Source: an uncultured Nitrospinota bacterium (GTDB lineage: Bacteria; Tectomicrobia; Entotheonellia; J063; CAVPRW01). Taken from it: DNA of 64,000 bases. The stretch is from NCBI GenBank assembly GCA_963707985.1, contig CAVPRW010000015.1, positions 96,001 to 160,000 on the forward strand, written 5' to 3'. The translations under genes were made by a program, and so were the position numbers. This document shows, piece after piece, positions 31,144 to 41,671 of the stretch; position 1 is the stretch's first letter, and every line of letters begins with the position of its first letter. The notes below the pieces were generated by a model. It worked only from the letters and a program-made list of their open reading frames with translations, made no database searches and was not told the origin of the DNA.

Positions 31144-32964
31144 ATGTGTGGAATTATCGGCTATATCGGCGGGGACAATGCGGTTCCGATTCTCATCGAG
31201 GGGCTGAAACGTTTGGAATATCGCGGCTATGATTCGGCGGGAATCGCCGTCATCCACGAGGCGCAATTAGCGATCCGTAAAGCCGTGGGCAAACTGAAGA
31301 ACCTGGAGGAGGTCGTGGGGAATGATCCGCCCACAGGCACGATCGGAATCGGCCATACGCGCTGGGCGACCCATGGTCGCGTCACCGAACTCAACGCACA
31401 TCCGCATGAAACCGCCGGATTTGTCCTCGTGCATAATGGCATCATCGAAAATTATCTCGCCCTGAAGGAGAAACTCAGCGCCGAGGGGCATGAGTTCCGC
31501 ACCGAGACCGACACCGAGGTGATCGTGCATCTGATCGCCAAGTACTTCACCGGCAATCTCACGGCCGCCGTGCATATGGCCCTACAGGAGGTGGTGGGGG
31601 CTTATGCCATCGCTGTTTTGAGTACGGACGACCCCAATACCGTCGTCGGGGCGCGCTCCGGTTGCCCACTTGTGGTAGGTCTCGGCCAGGGGGCTTATTT
31701 CCTCGCCTCGGATGTACCTGCGGTGCTGAATCACACGCGGGAGGTCATCTTCCTGGACGATGGCGAGGTGGCCACTTTGACGCGTGAAGGGGTGCGCGTC
31801 AGCAGTCTCGACGGCCAAATGGTGGCGAAGGACATTCGACATGTGACGTGGGATCCTATCATGGCCGAGAAAGGGGGCTATAAGCATTTCATGCTGAAGG
31901 AGATCTTCGAACAGCCGCGGGCTGTGCTCGACACCTTCCGCGGCCGAGTGCTTCCCGAGACGGGTGATGCCACGCTCGATCTCGGCAAGGCAGCACCCGC
32001 TCTGGCACAGGCGCGACGGGTCCTGCTCGTGGCCTGCGGGACCTCATGGCATGCCGCCCTCATCGGCAAGTATATGATCGAAGACATGGCCCGCCTCCCG
32101 GTTGAAGTCGATTATGGTTCGGAGTTCCGCTATCGCCAGCCGGTGCTCGATGAGCACACGTTGTTCGTGGGCATCTCCCAGTCGGGCGAAACGGCGGATA
32201 CCATCGCCGCTGCCCGCGAGGCGAAGCGCCATGGCGCCACAACGGTGACCATTAGCAACGTCATGGATAGCACCCTGGCCCGTGAGTCGGATGGCGTCTT
32301 CTATACGCACGCCGGCCCGGAAATCGGGGTGGCCGCCAGCAAGACCTTCACCACTCAGCTGGTGTCCGTATATTTGTTGGGGCTGGCACTTGGGCGCCAA
32401 CATGGCACCCTCTCCGAGGCGCGAGGCAAAAAGCTGGCGCAAGACCTCCTGCAGATGCCACGCCTGATGGAAGGAGTGTTGGAGCAAGAAGAAACCATTG
32501 CGGAGTTGGCCAGAGAATTCGCGACCAAGCGGGACTTCCTGTTCCTGGGTCGTGGTCTGTCCTTCCCGATTGCCCTGGAGGGGGCGCTGAAGCTGAAGGA
32601 ATTATCCTACATCCATGCTGAGGGCTATGCTGGGGGCGAGATGAAGCACGGCCCGATTGCGCTCATCGACCAGCAGATGCCGGTGGTCATCCTCGCACCC
32701 CGAAGTCGAGTGCATGACAAAATCGTCTCCAACCTTGAGGAAATCAAGGCACGGGACGGCATCATCATCGCCATTGGCACGGAGGGCGATCAGGACCTGA
32801 AACGGCATGCCCAGCACGTCCTGTACGTACCCGACGTCCCTGATTTGCTGCAGCCGTTGGTTCTGGTGTTACCTTTGCAACTGCTGGCCTACCACATCGC
32901 TGTGCGGCGTGGGTGCGATGTCGATCAACCACGCAATCTGGCCAAAAGCGTGACTGTCGAATGA
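31144..32964 (+). CDS. glmS: Glutamine-fructose-6-phosphate transaminase
   Basis: MCGIIG, GHTRWATHG, SQSGET, PRNLAKSVTVE. Confidence 0.97.
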   Translation: MCGIIGYIGGDNAVPILIEGLKRLEYRGYDSAGIAVIHEAQLAIRKAVGKLKNLEEVVGNDPPTGTIGIGHTRWATHGRVTELNAHPHETAGFVLVHNGIIENYLALKEKLSAEGHEFRTETDTEVIVHLIAKYFTGNLTAAVHMALQEVVGAYAIAVLSTDDPNTVVGARSGCPLVVGLGQGAYFLASDVPAVLNHTREVIFLDDGEVATLTREGVRVSSLDGQMVAKDIRHVTWDPIMAEKGGYKHFMLKEIFEQPRAVLDTFRGRVLPETGDATLDLGKAAPALAQARRVLLVACGTSWHAALIGKYMIEDMARLPVEVDYGSEFRYRQPVLDEHTLFVGISQSGETADTIAAAREAKRHGATTVTISNVMDSTLARESDGVFYTHAGPEIGVAASKTFTTQLVSVYLLGLALGRQHGTLSEARGKKLAQDLLQMPRLMEGVLEQEETIAELAREFATKRDFLFLGRGLSFPIALEGALKLKELSYIHAEGYAGGEMKHGPIALIDQQMPVVILAPRSRVHDKIVSNLEEIKARDGIIIAIGTEGDQDLKRHAQHVLYVPDVPDLLQPLVLVLPLQLLAYHIAVRRGCDVDQPRNLAKSVTVE

Positions 32965-35264
32965 GCCCGCATCCGGCGTCCGGCGACTCCCCCACGGCCG
33001 TGGGGGATGTATTAGTAGGACTCAATCCCTCACAGCACCAAGCCGTGTTACATGCCGATGGTCCCCTGCTGATCCTGGCGGGGGCCGGCTCCGGCAAAAC
33101 CCGTGTCATTACTCACCGGATCGCGAACCTTATTGGTACGCACGGTGTTGCACCATGGCAGATCCTGGCCCTCACCTTCACCAACAAGGCGGCTGAGGAG
33201 ATGCGCCGCCGCGTCGAGAAGCTCCTCGGGGCTTCCAGTCAGGACATTTGGGTGAGCACCTTTCACGCCGCCTGCGCTCGCCTGTTGCGGCGTGATATCG
33301 AGCATCTCGGGAGCCACACGCGGAGTTTCGTGATCCTCGACGCGGCCGATCAGTCTGCCCTCATCAAAGAGTGTCTACGCGCGCTGAACATCAGCCCTGA
33401 TCGGTACGCCCCCCAGGCTATCGCCGGGCGCATCAGTCGGTTGAAGAATCAACTGACCACGGCAGAGCAATTTGCCCAGCGCAGTGGGCAAGATTTTGGC
33501 TTTGACGAGGCCGTGCGTCGGGTGTATCAGCTCTACCAAAAAAAGCTCGTGGAGCAGAATGGTCTGGATTTCGATGATCTGCTCATGCACACGGGGCAGC
33601 TCTTTGAGGAGGTTCCGGAAGTTCTGCGCTATTATCAGCAGAAATTTCGCTATATTCTGGTCGATGAGTACCAGGATACCAATCATGCCCAGTATCGCAT
33701 CATTCGCCTGTTGGCCGATGAACACCGTAATCTCTGCGTGGTTGGCGACGACGACCAATCGATCTATGCCTGGAGGGGAGCGGACATCAGCAACATCCTC
33801 TCCTTCGAACGCGATTATCCCGAGTGCGCAGTGGTTAAGCTGGAGGAAAATTATCGTTCGACCAAGAGCATTCTCGAAGCCGCTGGCAAGGTCATCGATA
33901 AGAACACGGAACGCAAAGGCAAGAGCCTGTGGACGCAGCGCGAGGCCGGCGAAAAATTGACGTACATCGAGGCGGTCGATGAAACGCAGGAAGCAGCGCT
34001 GATCTGTCAAATGATCGGCCGCCTACGTCTATCAGCGGGCTGGGATTATCGCGATGTGGCTATTTTCTATCGCACGAACGCCCAATCGCGTGCCATCGAA
34101 GACGCACTGCGCATGGCGAACATCCCCTACCAGATCGTCGGCGGGCTGAAATTTTACGACCGCAAGGAAGTCAAGGACCTCCTCGCTTATCTGCGCTTGC
34201 TGGCTAACCCGCGGGACTCGGTGAGCCTACGGCGCGTCATCAACGTTCCACCACGTGGGATCGGCAAGGTGACCGTCGATAAAATTGCTGCGCACGCAGA
34301 GATGCGTGGTATCCCGCTGTACGACGCTGTGGGAGAGGCGCTGGCGACAGGGCTCTTAAGCGGGGCCGCAGCCGGCAAAGTACAACAATTTTTCGTCTTG
34401 GCGGAAGAGTTGCGCGGACTGGCGGCCACCTCGTCCGTTGCCGAGCTCATTCGTGAGCTGATTCGACGCACCAACTTCCTCGAACAGTACGGCACCGCAG
34501 GCGAGGATGAAATGCGCAGGCAAAACATCCAGGAAGTCATCACCGCTGCGGACGATTTCGAAGGACGCGCCCAAGACACGTCATTGGTGAGCTTCCTTGA
34601 CCAGACGGCCCTCATGGCCGATCAGGACACGCTCAGCGATGATGCGGGTCGAGTAGTGCTGATGACCCTCCACACTTCCAAGGGCCTGGAATTTCCGGTG
34701 GTCTTCGTCTCTGGCATGGAAGATGGCATTTTCCCGCACCGGCGGGCCTTCGAAGACACGTCGGAGCTGGAGGAAGAGCGCCGGTTGTGCTACGTTGGCA
34801 TGACGCGCGCCAAAGACCGGCTGTTTCTCACCAGCGCCGTCAGGCGCCGGATCTATGGCACCGAGTTGTACAATCCGCCATCGATGTTTCTACAAGACAT
34901 TCCGCCAGCACTGCTTAATGCAGAGCGGGCTATACGACAAGGAGCGAGCGGGCGGCAAGGGCGGATGACCTGGGGTCATGGCGAGCGCGACGAGGAGGAT
35001 CGAGCAGCATCGGGGACACGCCCGTCTACGGCTGTTGCCGCGGGTACCAGCGATCTGTCCCGCGACGGCAAGCCCAATACGCGCCAGCTCTGGGGCGGCG
35101 AGTATCGACCCGGCACCCTCGTGCGCCATCCGGAGTGGGGCCTGGGGGTGGTCCAGAAGCAGGAGGGCGAGGGGGACGGTCTCAAGCTGACGATCATCTT
35201 CCGCAATATGGGCCGCAAAGTGGTGGCAGCTAAGTATGCCAAACTGGAGAAGGTGTCCTCATGA
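32961..35264 (+). CDS. pcrA: ATP-dependent DNA helicase PcrA/UvrD
   Basis: AGAGSGKT, VDEYQD, NYRS, LHTSKGLEF, EEERRLCYVGMTRA; C-terminal Tudor-like domain. Confidence 0.95.
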   Translation: MSPHPASGDSPTAVGDVLVGLNPSQHQAVLHADGPLLILAGAGSGKTRVITHRIANLIGTHGVAPWQILALTFTNKAAEEMRRRVEKLLGASSQDIWVSTFHAACARLLRRDIEHLGSHTRSFVILDAADQSALIKECLRALNISPDRYAPQAIAGRISRLKNQLTTAEQFAQRSGQDFGFDEAVRRVYQLYQKKLVEQNGLDFDDLLMHTGQLFEEVPEVLRYYQQKFRYILVDEYQDTNHAQYRIIRLLADEHRNLCVVGDDDQSIYAWRGADISNILSFERDYPECAVVKLEENYRSTKSILEAAGKVIDKNTERKGKSLWTQREAGEKLTYIEAVDETQEAALICQMIGRLRLSAGWDYRDVAIFYRTNAQSRAIEDALRMANIPYQIVGGLKFYDRKEVKDLLAYLRLLANPRDSVSLRRVINVPPRGIGKVTVDKIAAHAEMRGIPLYDAVGEALATGLLSGAAAGKVQQFFVLAEELRGLAATSSVAELIRELIRRTNFLEQYGTAGEDEMRRQNIQEVITAADDFEGRAQDTSLVSFLDQTALMADQDTLSDDAGRVVLMTLHTSKGLEFPVVFVSGMEDGIFPHRRAFEDTSELEEERRLCYVGMTRAKDRLFLTSAVRRRIYGTELYNPPSMFLQDIPPALLNAERAIRQGASGRQGRMTWGHGERDEEDRAASGTRPSTAVAAGTSDLSRDGKPNTRQLWGGEYRPGTLVRHPEWGLGVVQKQEGEGDGLKLTIIFRNMGRKVVAAKYAKLEKVSS

Positions 35265-35548
35265 TCACTCGTGACGATGTCGAGCATGTCGCCGAGTTGG
35301 CACGGCTCGAATTGACCGCTGTGGAGAAAGAGCAATTCATCGCTCAGCTCAACAATATCCTCACCTACTTCGAGAAGCTCACTGAGCTGGATACGACTGA
35401 TGTCGAGCCGACCTCACAGGTGATTCCAATGTCGAATGTCTTTCGCGACGATGCCGTACAGCCCTCTTTGGACCGCACCAAGGTGCTACAGAACGCCCCG
35501 GAAGAATCGCATTTCTTCTTCAAAGTACCACGCATTATTGAAGAATAG
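35261..35548 (+). CDS. gatC: Asp/Glu-tRNA amidotransferase subunit C
   Basis: [23 protein letters not shown]. Confidence 0.96.
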   Translation: MITRDDVEHVAELARLELTAVEKEQFIAQLNNILTYFEKLTELDTTDVEPTSQVIPMSNVFRDDAVQPSLDRTKVLQNAPEESHFFFKVPRIIEE

Positions 35549-35556
35549 CCACGATC

Positions 35557-37014
35557 ATGGACCTCTTTGCCCATACCATGCACGAGTTACAGGCTCTCCT
35601 GGCCAGCCGCGATATCAGTGCCCGTGACCTTACCGAGGCATTTTACCGCCGCATCGCAGTGCTCGACGAGCGCGTCCACGCCTACGTGACCCTCACGCCC
35701 GAGCAAGCTCTTGAGCAGGCCAATCGCGCTGATCAGCGACGCCAGCGGGGGGAGTCCGGCCCCCTGCTCGGTATCCCTCTAGCAATCAAAGATGTGATCT
35801 GCACCGAGGGGATCCTCACCACCTGTGGCTCCAAGACGCTTCGTAACTTCGTGCCGCCCTATGATGCCACGGTGATCGAGCGCCTCAAGCAGGCCGGGGT
35901 GGTCGTGCTCGGCAAGACCAACATGGATGAGTTCGCTATGGGCTCGTCCACAGAGCATTCAGCCTCTGGCATCACCCATAACCCCTGGGATTTGAGCGCT
36001 ATTCCCGGCGGTTCGAGCGGGGGATCGGCGGCGGCCGTAGCGGCTGATGAGTGTGCCGGGGCGCTGGGCAGCGACACCGGGGGCTCGGTGCGTCAGCCTG
36101 CCGCGTGCTGCGGCATCGTTGGTTTGAAACCGACCTATGGGCGGGTTTCCCGTTATGGACTGGTGGCCTTCGCTTCATCGTTGGACCAGATTGGCCCGAT
36201 GACCAAAGATGTGTGGGATGCGGCGCTCATCATGAACGTCATCGGCGGTCATGACCCCCGGGATTCGACCTCAGCCGATATTCCCTTGCCCGATTTCACC
36301 CGGGCACTCACCGGTAACGCACAAGGTTTACGCCTTGGGATTCCACGCGAATATTTTGTTGGAGGGATCGACAGCGAGGTTGAGCAAGCTGTGCGTGCGG
36401 CGGTCCAGGTACTTGAGGGAGTCGGCGCCAGGACCACAGAAGTGACACTGCCCCACAGCGAATACGGGGTGGCCGCCTACTATATTTTAGCCCCCTCGGA
36501 AGCCAGCTCGAACCTGGCGCGCTATGATGGCATCAAGTACGGTTACCGTACGCCGCAATGGTCGAATTTGCGCGACATGTACATGCGCACGCGGGACGAG
36601 GGCTTTGGCGCTGAGGTCAAACGCCGTATTATGCTGGGTACGTATGCCCTCAGCGCCGGCTATTATGAGGCCTATTATCGGAAGGCGCAGCAGGTCCGAA
36701 CGCTGATCCTGCGGGACTTCGAGGCAGCTTTTCGACAGGTTGACGTCATCGTCGCCCCGACCACACCGACACCGGCCTTCAAGATCGGAGAAAAGACCGA
36801 CGACCCCCTACAGATGTATCTCTCCGATGTCTTCACCGTCCCGGTCAACCTCGCGGGGATCCCGGCGATCTCCATTCCGTGCGGGTTCAATTCGGCGGGG
36901 CTGCCGATTGGTCTACAGATCATTGGCAAGCCATTCGATGAAGAGACCGTCCTCCGCGTTGCCCATGCTTTTGAGCAACACACTGATTATCATCGACGCA
37001 AACCACCGCTATAG
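35557..37014 (+). CDS. gatA: Asp/Glu-tRNA amidotransferase subunit A
   Basis: [29 protein letters not shown]. Confidence 0.97.
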   Translation: MDLFAHTMHELQALLASRDISARDLTEAFYRRIAVLDERVHAYVTLTPEQALEQANRADQRRQRGESGPLLGIPLAIKDVICTEGILTTCGSKTLRNFVPPYDATVIERLKQAGVVVLGKTNMDEFAMGSSTEHSASGITHNPWDLSAIPGGSSGGSAAAVAADECAGALGSDTGGSVRQPAACCGIVGLKPTYGRVSRYGLVAFASSLDQIGPMTKDVWDAALIMNVIGGHDPRDSTSADIPLPDFTRALTGNAQGLRLGIPREYFVGGIDSEVEQAVRAAVQVLEGVGARTTEVTLPHSEYGVAAYYILAPSEASSNLARYDGIKYGYRTPQWSNLRDMYMRTRDEGFGAEVKRRIMLGTYALSAGYYEAYYRKAQQVRTLILRDFEAAFRQVDVIVAPTTPTPAFKIGEKTDDPLQMYLSDVFTVPVNLAGIPAISIPCGFNSAGLPIGLQIIGKPFDEETVLRVAHAFEQHTDYHRRKPPL

Positions 37015-37026
37015 AGGGGAAGAGCC

Positions 37027-38475
37027 ATGGATTACGAGGTCGTGATCGGGCTCGAGGTGCACGCCCAGCTCTCGACGCACTCGAAGATCTTTTGCGGCTG
37101 CAGCACGACATTTGGGGCACCACCCAATACGCAAACCTGCCCGGTCTGCCTGGGGATGCCCGGTGTGCTGCCGGTGCTCAACCGACGCGTGATAGAATTC
37201 GCCATCAAGACGGCACTGGCGTGCCATGGCGAGGTGGCACCACGTTGCCGATTTGCCCGCAAGAATTATTTCTACCCCGATATGCCGAAGAACTATCAGA
37301 TCTCCCAGTATGACGAGCCGCTTGTCGTGGGGGGACACATCGAGATTCCCACGCCGGAAGGGATGAAACAGGTCAGACTGGTGCGCATCCATCTCGAAGA
37401 GGATGTTGGTAAGTCTATCCATGGGGAAAACCTCGACGACCCACGCGCCAGTTATGTGGACTTCAATCGCTCTGGCGTGCCGTTGATGGAAATCGTCAGC
37501 GAGCCCGACCTGTCATCACCCGACGAAGCTAAGCTCTACCTGCAGTGCGTGCGAACAATCGTGCAATACCTGGAGGTGTGCGACGGCAACATGGAGGAAG
37601 GCAGCTTCCGCTGTGACGCCAATGTGTCGCTGCGGCCGATAGGCGCCCGCGAATACGGCACCAAAGTTGAGATCAAGAACCTCAACTCTTTCCGCAACGT
37701 CCAGCGTGCCCTGGAATATGAAGTCGTCCGGCAGACGAAAGCGTTGGACGCCGGGGAGAAACTGGTCCAGGAAACGCGCCTGTGGGATGCCACTCGCGGC
37801 GTCACCCGCTCTATGCGCAGCAAAGAATTTGCGCATGATTATCGCTACTTCCCTGAGCCCGACCTGGTTCCACTGGTGACGACCCGCGAATGGGTTGAGG
37901 CGATTCGGTGCACGCTACCGGAGCTGCCTGACGCTCGCATGCAACGCTTTGTCTCCGAATATGGCATCCCAGCCTATGATGCCGGGGTGTTGACCAGTTC
38001 CAAAGCGTTAGCCGATTATTACGAGGCCTGCATCAAGCGCTATCCGAAGCCGAAGGTGGTGAGTAACTGGATGATGGTGGAACTGTTGCGTGCCCTCAAT
38101 CGGGATGGTATCGAGGTCGAGCAGGCTCGTATCGCCCCCGAGAACCTTGCTGAGTTGCTTGCGTTGGTCGACGACGGCACCATCAGCGGCAGCATGGGGA
38201 AGACCGTGTTCGACACCATGTATGAAACCGGTAAGGCTGCCGCCGAAATCGTCCAAGAAAGAGGACTGCGACAGATCAGCGACGAAAACGCCCTGGTGAC
38301 TGCCATTGAGCAGGTACTCGCCGACAACCCCAAGGAGGTCGGCGAGTTCCGGGCTGGTAGAGAAAAACTGCTGAGCTTTTTCATGGGCCAGGTCATGAAG
38401 GCGACGCAGGGCAAAGCCAATCCGCAAGCGGTGAACAAGCTGCTACGCGAGAAGCTAGCGAGAACGGAAGCCTGA
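37027..38475 (+). CDS. gatB: Asp/Glu-tRNA amidotransferase subunit B
   Basis: [28 protein letters not shown]. Confidence 0.97.
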   Translation: MDYEVVIGLEVHAQLSTHSKIFCGCSTTFGAPPNTQTCPVCLGMPGVLPVLNRRVIEFAIKTALACHGEVAPRCRFARKNYFYPDMPKNYQISQYDEPLVVGGHIEIPTPEGMKQVRLVRIHLEEDVGKSIHGENLDDPRASYVDFNRSGVPLMEIVSEPDLSSPDEAKLYLQCVRTIVQYLEVCDGNMEEGSFRCDANVSLRPIGAREYGTKVEIKNLNSFRNVQRALEYEVVRQTKALDAGEKLVQETRLWDATRGVTRSMRSKEFAHDYRYFPEPDLVPLVTTREWVEAIRCTLPELPDARMQRFVSEYGIPAYDAGVLTSSKALADYYEACIKRYPKPKVVSNWMMVELLRALNRDGIEVEQARIAPENLAELLALVDDGTISGSMGKTVFDTMYETGKAAAEIVQERGLRQISDENALVTAIEQVLADNPKEVGEFRAGREKLLSFFMGQVMKATQGKANPQAVNKLLREKLARTEA

Positions 38476-38581
38476 GAACCTGGAGCCAGATTGCTCGCGC
38501 CTGAGCTAACGAGACATGCTCCATCGCTCTGCCGTTCCCTTGTACCCTCGTCGCCGCATGGGTGGATATCGCTTCCCCCTC

Positions 38582-39430
38582 TTACCGCCCCTTGAACGTC
38601 GGCTTGCGTTTTTCTAGGAAGGCCTGCCTGGCTTCCTGCGCGTCTGCCGATCCGTTCAGAATCCCACCGGCGTTGGAGGTCATCACCATCGTCGTTTCCA
38701 TGGAGCTATCCAAAGCCGCACGCATGATGCGTTTGCTAATCCACTGCACCATGGGAGGTGTCCGCATGATGCGGTCACACAGCGCCCGTGTCGTCTCCTC
38801 GAGCTTGTCGGCGGGGACCAGATAGTTCAGCAAGCCCCACTCGAAAGCACGCTCAGCGTCCAGGTGGCCGGTATAGGCAAATTCCAGGGCCCGCCCCAGC
38901 CCAACCATCTTCGGAAGATAGTAGCAGCCGCCATTTTCCGGGATCTGTCCTAATTGCTGATAACCGATGAAACGCGTATGCTCACAGCCCAGGCGGATAT
39001 CGCAATGCAGCGCCATATCCATACCCGACCCGACGGCAGCGCCGTTGATCATCGCGATGGTGGGTTTGCGGATCAGCGAGATATCGCGATGCAGCTTGGT
39101 GAAGCCATGGAAGAAGTGCTCTCGGGCCGCGTCTGGCCCATCAGTGGTGCCCCGGTCACCGGAAAATCGCTCACCTTTGGTAGCGTCGGCGATGTCACGC
39201 TTCATGTCCGCACCGGAGCAGAAACCTCGACCGACGCCGGTCAGGACGATCACCCGCACATTGGGGTCATCATCCCCAGCCCGCATGTATTCGCCCACCT
39301 TGGCTACCGTGCCGTTCTCTTCCGCCGAGCCAATCAGCGCATTCATGCGCTCCGGACGATTAAACTTGACCCATAGAATGCCCGTGTCCTCTGGTTCGTA
39401 GAGCAGATAATCGACAAGTCCCGGTTCCAT
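38582..39430 (-). CDS. Enoyl-CoA hydratase/isomerase family protein
   Basis: NRPERMNAL, FCSGAD, KPTIAMINGAAVGSG, AFLEKRKPTFKGR. Confidence 0.92.
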   Translation of the reverse strand: MEPGLVDYLLYEPEDTGILWVKFNRPERMNALIGSAEENGTVAKVGEYMRAGDDDPNVRVIVLTGVGRGFCSGADMKRDIADATKGERFSGDRGTTDGPDAAREHFFHGFTKLHRDISLIRKPTIAMINGAAVGSGMDMALHCDIRLGCEHTRFIGYQQLGQIPENGGCYYLPKMVGLGRALEFAYTGHLDAERAFEWGLLNYLVPADKLEETTRALCDRIMRTPPMVQWISKRIMRAALDSSMETTMVMTSNAGGILNGSADAQEARQAFLEKRKPTFKGR

Positions 39431-39495
39431 GCTATGCCTCCGTGCATTGATGATGTCTTAGCGGGTATCAAAGGAGCCCCTGACGTCTCCTCTTC

Positions 39496-39514
39496 CCCCC
39501 TTCACGAAAGGGGG
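39496..39514. repeat. REP-like intergenic hairpin
   Basis: CCCCCTT-CACGA-AAGGGGG; single copy seen in this window. Confidence 0.35.
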
Positions 39515-39627
39515 AGTTAGGACCGTTTGGAAACGCTTGTAGAACCGCAAAAGCATGTTGACCATGGCAACGGAATGGGTGCTCAGCATGCAGAAGTACT
39601 AACCAATTGTCAAGCTGCCTCGGCATC

Positions 39628-40377
39628 TTAATATAAATATGCTCCGCCGTTGACGTGCATGGTCTGGCCGGTGATGTGGCTGGCCCCCTCGGACGCTAAA
39701 AACACCGCCAGACTGGCGATATCATCCGGCACAGCCATTCGCCCCAGGGGCACCTGGCGCCCAGCTGCCTGCAGCTCTTCTTCGGACATGCCATAGCGCG
39801 GCTGTGCGGTATCGGTGGTCCCCGGTGCGATAGCATTAACGCGGATGCGGTAACGGGCTAGCTCCAGCGCTGTGGCGCGTGTGAAGCCAACGATGCCAGC
39901 CTTACTGGAGACGTAATGCACCCCCCGCGGCGAGCTCCGGAACGCCGCACTAGACGCCAGATTGACGACAGCTCCTGGCCTACCTTGTTCCACCAGCTGG
40001 CGTGTCACTGTCTGGGTGCAAAAGAAGGTGCCTTTCAGGTTAACGTTCAGCACCTCATCCCATTGGGCTTCAGTCATCTGCAAAAAGTCGACTCTCGGGA
40101 AGATGCCGGCATTGTTCACCAGAACGTCGATGCCTCCGAAGGCCTTCCCCGCCTCGACCATGGTACGGATGTCCCCCACCCGTGCGACGCTCCCCGCTAC
40201 GGCCACCGCGCGCCCGCCGGCTTCACAAATCTTCTGCGCAATGGTCTCACCGGCCCCCTGATCGTCCAGGTAATTGACCACCACGTTTGCGCCTTCACGT
40301 CCAAAGGCGAGGGCTATTGCCTTGCCGATTCCTTGTTGCGCGCCGGTCACCAGCGCCACTCTGCCTGATAACTGCAT
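39628..40377 (-). CDS. Short-chain dehydrogenase/reductase
   Basis: TGAQQGIG, NNAG, YVSSK, NAIAPG. Confidence 0.93.
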   Translation of the reverse strand: MQLSGRVALVTGAQQGIGKAIALAFGREGANVVVNYLDDQGAGETIAQKICEAGGRAVAVAGSVARVGDIRTMVEAGKAFGGIDVLVNNAGIFPRVDFLQMTEAQWDEVLNVNLKGTFFCTQTVTRQLVEQGRPGAVVNLASSAAFRSSPRGVHYVSSKAGIVGFTRATALELARYRIRVNAIAPGTTDTAQPRYGMSEEELQAAGRQVPLGRMAVPDDIASLAVFLASEGASHITGQTMHVNGGAYLY

Positions 40378-40476
40378 CGCGGTCCTCCTTGACCGATTCC
40401 CCCGATCCCATCGAACACTCCCAGCTGTGTACCGAGAACTTTGGCTACCATACCACCCTCCTAAAGCCGCGCTCTG

Positions 40477-40772
40477 CATCGGAACGTCACCTCACTTGGG
40501 AAGGTGGAACGAGCGAAGAAGCCTGAACGCCTCCCAGTGGTATGCTCCCGTGCAGAAGTCCGTGCCGTCCGCTGGCAAAGGTCGACGTCCTGCACGAAGA
40601 GGACCTGACAGAAGGGTTTCGCGGGGTGTAGCTGTCGTTTGCGCTTGCACGGAAGTATATTGCTGCCAGCCGTGCGTGGGGTTGGCAGTACGTCGTTTCC
40701 GGCTGCAGGCGCTCCATTGACCCGCGTAGCGTTACAGAACGTCGGCATCACATCGATGAGAAGACGCTTCAG
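40477..40772 (+). pseudogene. Degenerate, internally deleted copy of the integron integrase gene
   Basis: Aligns by eye to intI 45071-45164 and 45363-45562, e.g. identical TCACTTGGGAAGGTGGAACGAGCGAAGAAGCCTGAACGCCTCCCAGTGGT. Confidence 0.9.
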
Positions 40773-40775
40773 CAG

Positions 40776-40837
40776 CCGATGAACGCCAGGCGTCAGGCGC
40801 GGCTGGAAGCCGTCGCCTGACGCCTGGCGTTCATCGG
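40776..40837 (-). repeat. attC-like near-perfect palindrome closing the array
   Basis: 24-bp perfect inverted repeat CCGATGAACGCCAGGCGTCAGGCG with AAC...GTT ends and inner stem CGGCT/AGCCG. Confidence 0.65.
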
Positions 40838-41045
40838 GTTGCGCCGCCCCGCAGCCATGCAACCGCAGGGCGTTCAAAGGCTGACCGATTTAGCACCCCC
40901 TGCCTCTTTTGCGTTGCTTTGGAAAGCGAGGGGTACTGCCCGGTGCCACCGCAGAATGCCAGACCGAGCTCACGCCCTTCTGGCTCCACCGGGGCTTGGC
41001 GGCTCCCGCCGACTCGCAGGCTGAACGCCTCCTGCCTGGGATGGG

Positions 41046-41456
41046 TTAGGGCAACTGCCATTCACCCTTCAGTATGCCACGACCCTCGGAGGACGAACCG
41101 ATGATGGTGGCCTGGAAGGTATTGTTGCCCTTCAGGCCGGTATACTGTCCTGTCCCCCCTGTCCATTGGTAATCGCCATTGAAGCCCGTCGCAGGGTCTA
41201 TTTTCCCCTTCCACACCAGAAACGCTTTGTCGTTGTTCTTGTCGGTCACGACAACATAGCCATGGGCGTCGCCCTTGCCATTGATGAGGTCGGTCACCCC
41301 AAAAGAGGCCCACGACGATTCATGGAGGAACCCCTCCCCAGCGTCATTGAAGAACGTCCCTTTATACACATCCTGCGTGAATACATGGCCTTCTTCCACC
41401 TCATGGACCGTTGAGGACAACGTCCATCCGTACAAACCAGAGTACGTCCCTTGCAT
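41046..41456 (-). CDS. Integron cassette 4: hypothetical beta-strand-rich protein
   Basis: RBS AGGAGG; follows attC3; WTGGTGQYTGLKG; stop TAA lies within CCCTAAC. Confidence 0.75.
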   Translation of the reverse strand: MQGTYSGLYGWTLSSTVHEVEEGHVFTQDVYKGTFFNDAGEGFLHESSWASFGVTDLINGKGDAHGYVVVTDKNNDKAFLVWKGKIDPATGFNGDYQWTGGTGQYTGLKGNNTFQATIIGSSSEGRGILKGEWQLP

Positions 41457-41529
41457 TGTTCTTCCTCCTGCATTTAGGTTGTTGGAAAGACCACACCACT
41501 GTGGGCGACCGACAAAACGTCGCCTATCT

Positions 41530-41611
41530 GTCTAACGCTGGCGGTAAGCCGCGCCCGGTAGCTGAAGCGCAGCGTAAGCTGTCGGGCGTCGGCTCCACTG
41601 CCTTGTTCGGC
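41530..41611 (-). other. attC site 3 (82 bp)
   Basis: Minus strand GCCGAAC..GTGGAGCCGACGCCC...GGGCGCGGCTTAC..GTTAGAC; imperfect palindrome closely similar to attC2. Confidence 0.9.
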
Positions 41612-41671
41612 TTGGTAGGAGCAAGGATCAACAGCAAGTCTTCAAAAATACATCCGTTATTGAGCAAGCGG

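Noticed and set aside
40858..41052. Long attC starting at the cassette 4 stop (CCCTAAC)
   Set aside because: Some inverted complementarity exists (GCAGGGCGTTCA / TGAACGCCTCCTGC), but L boxes and spacing do not fit an attC.
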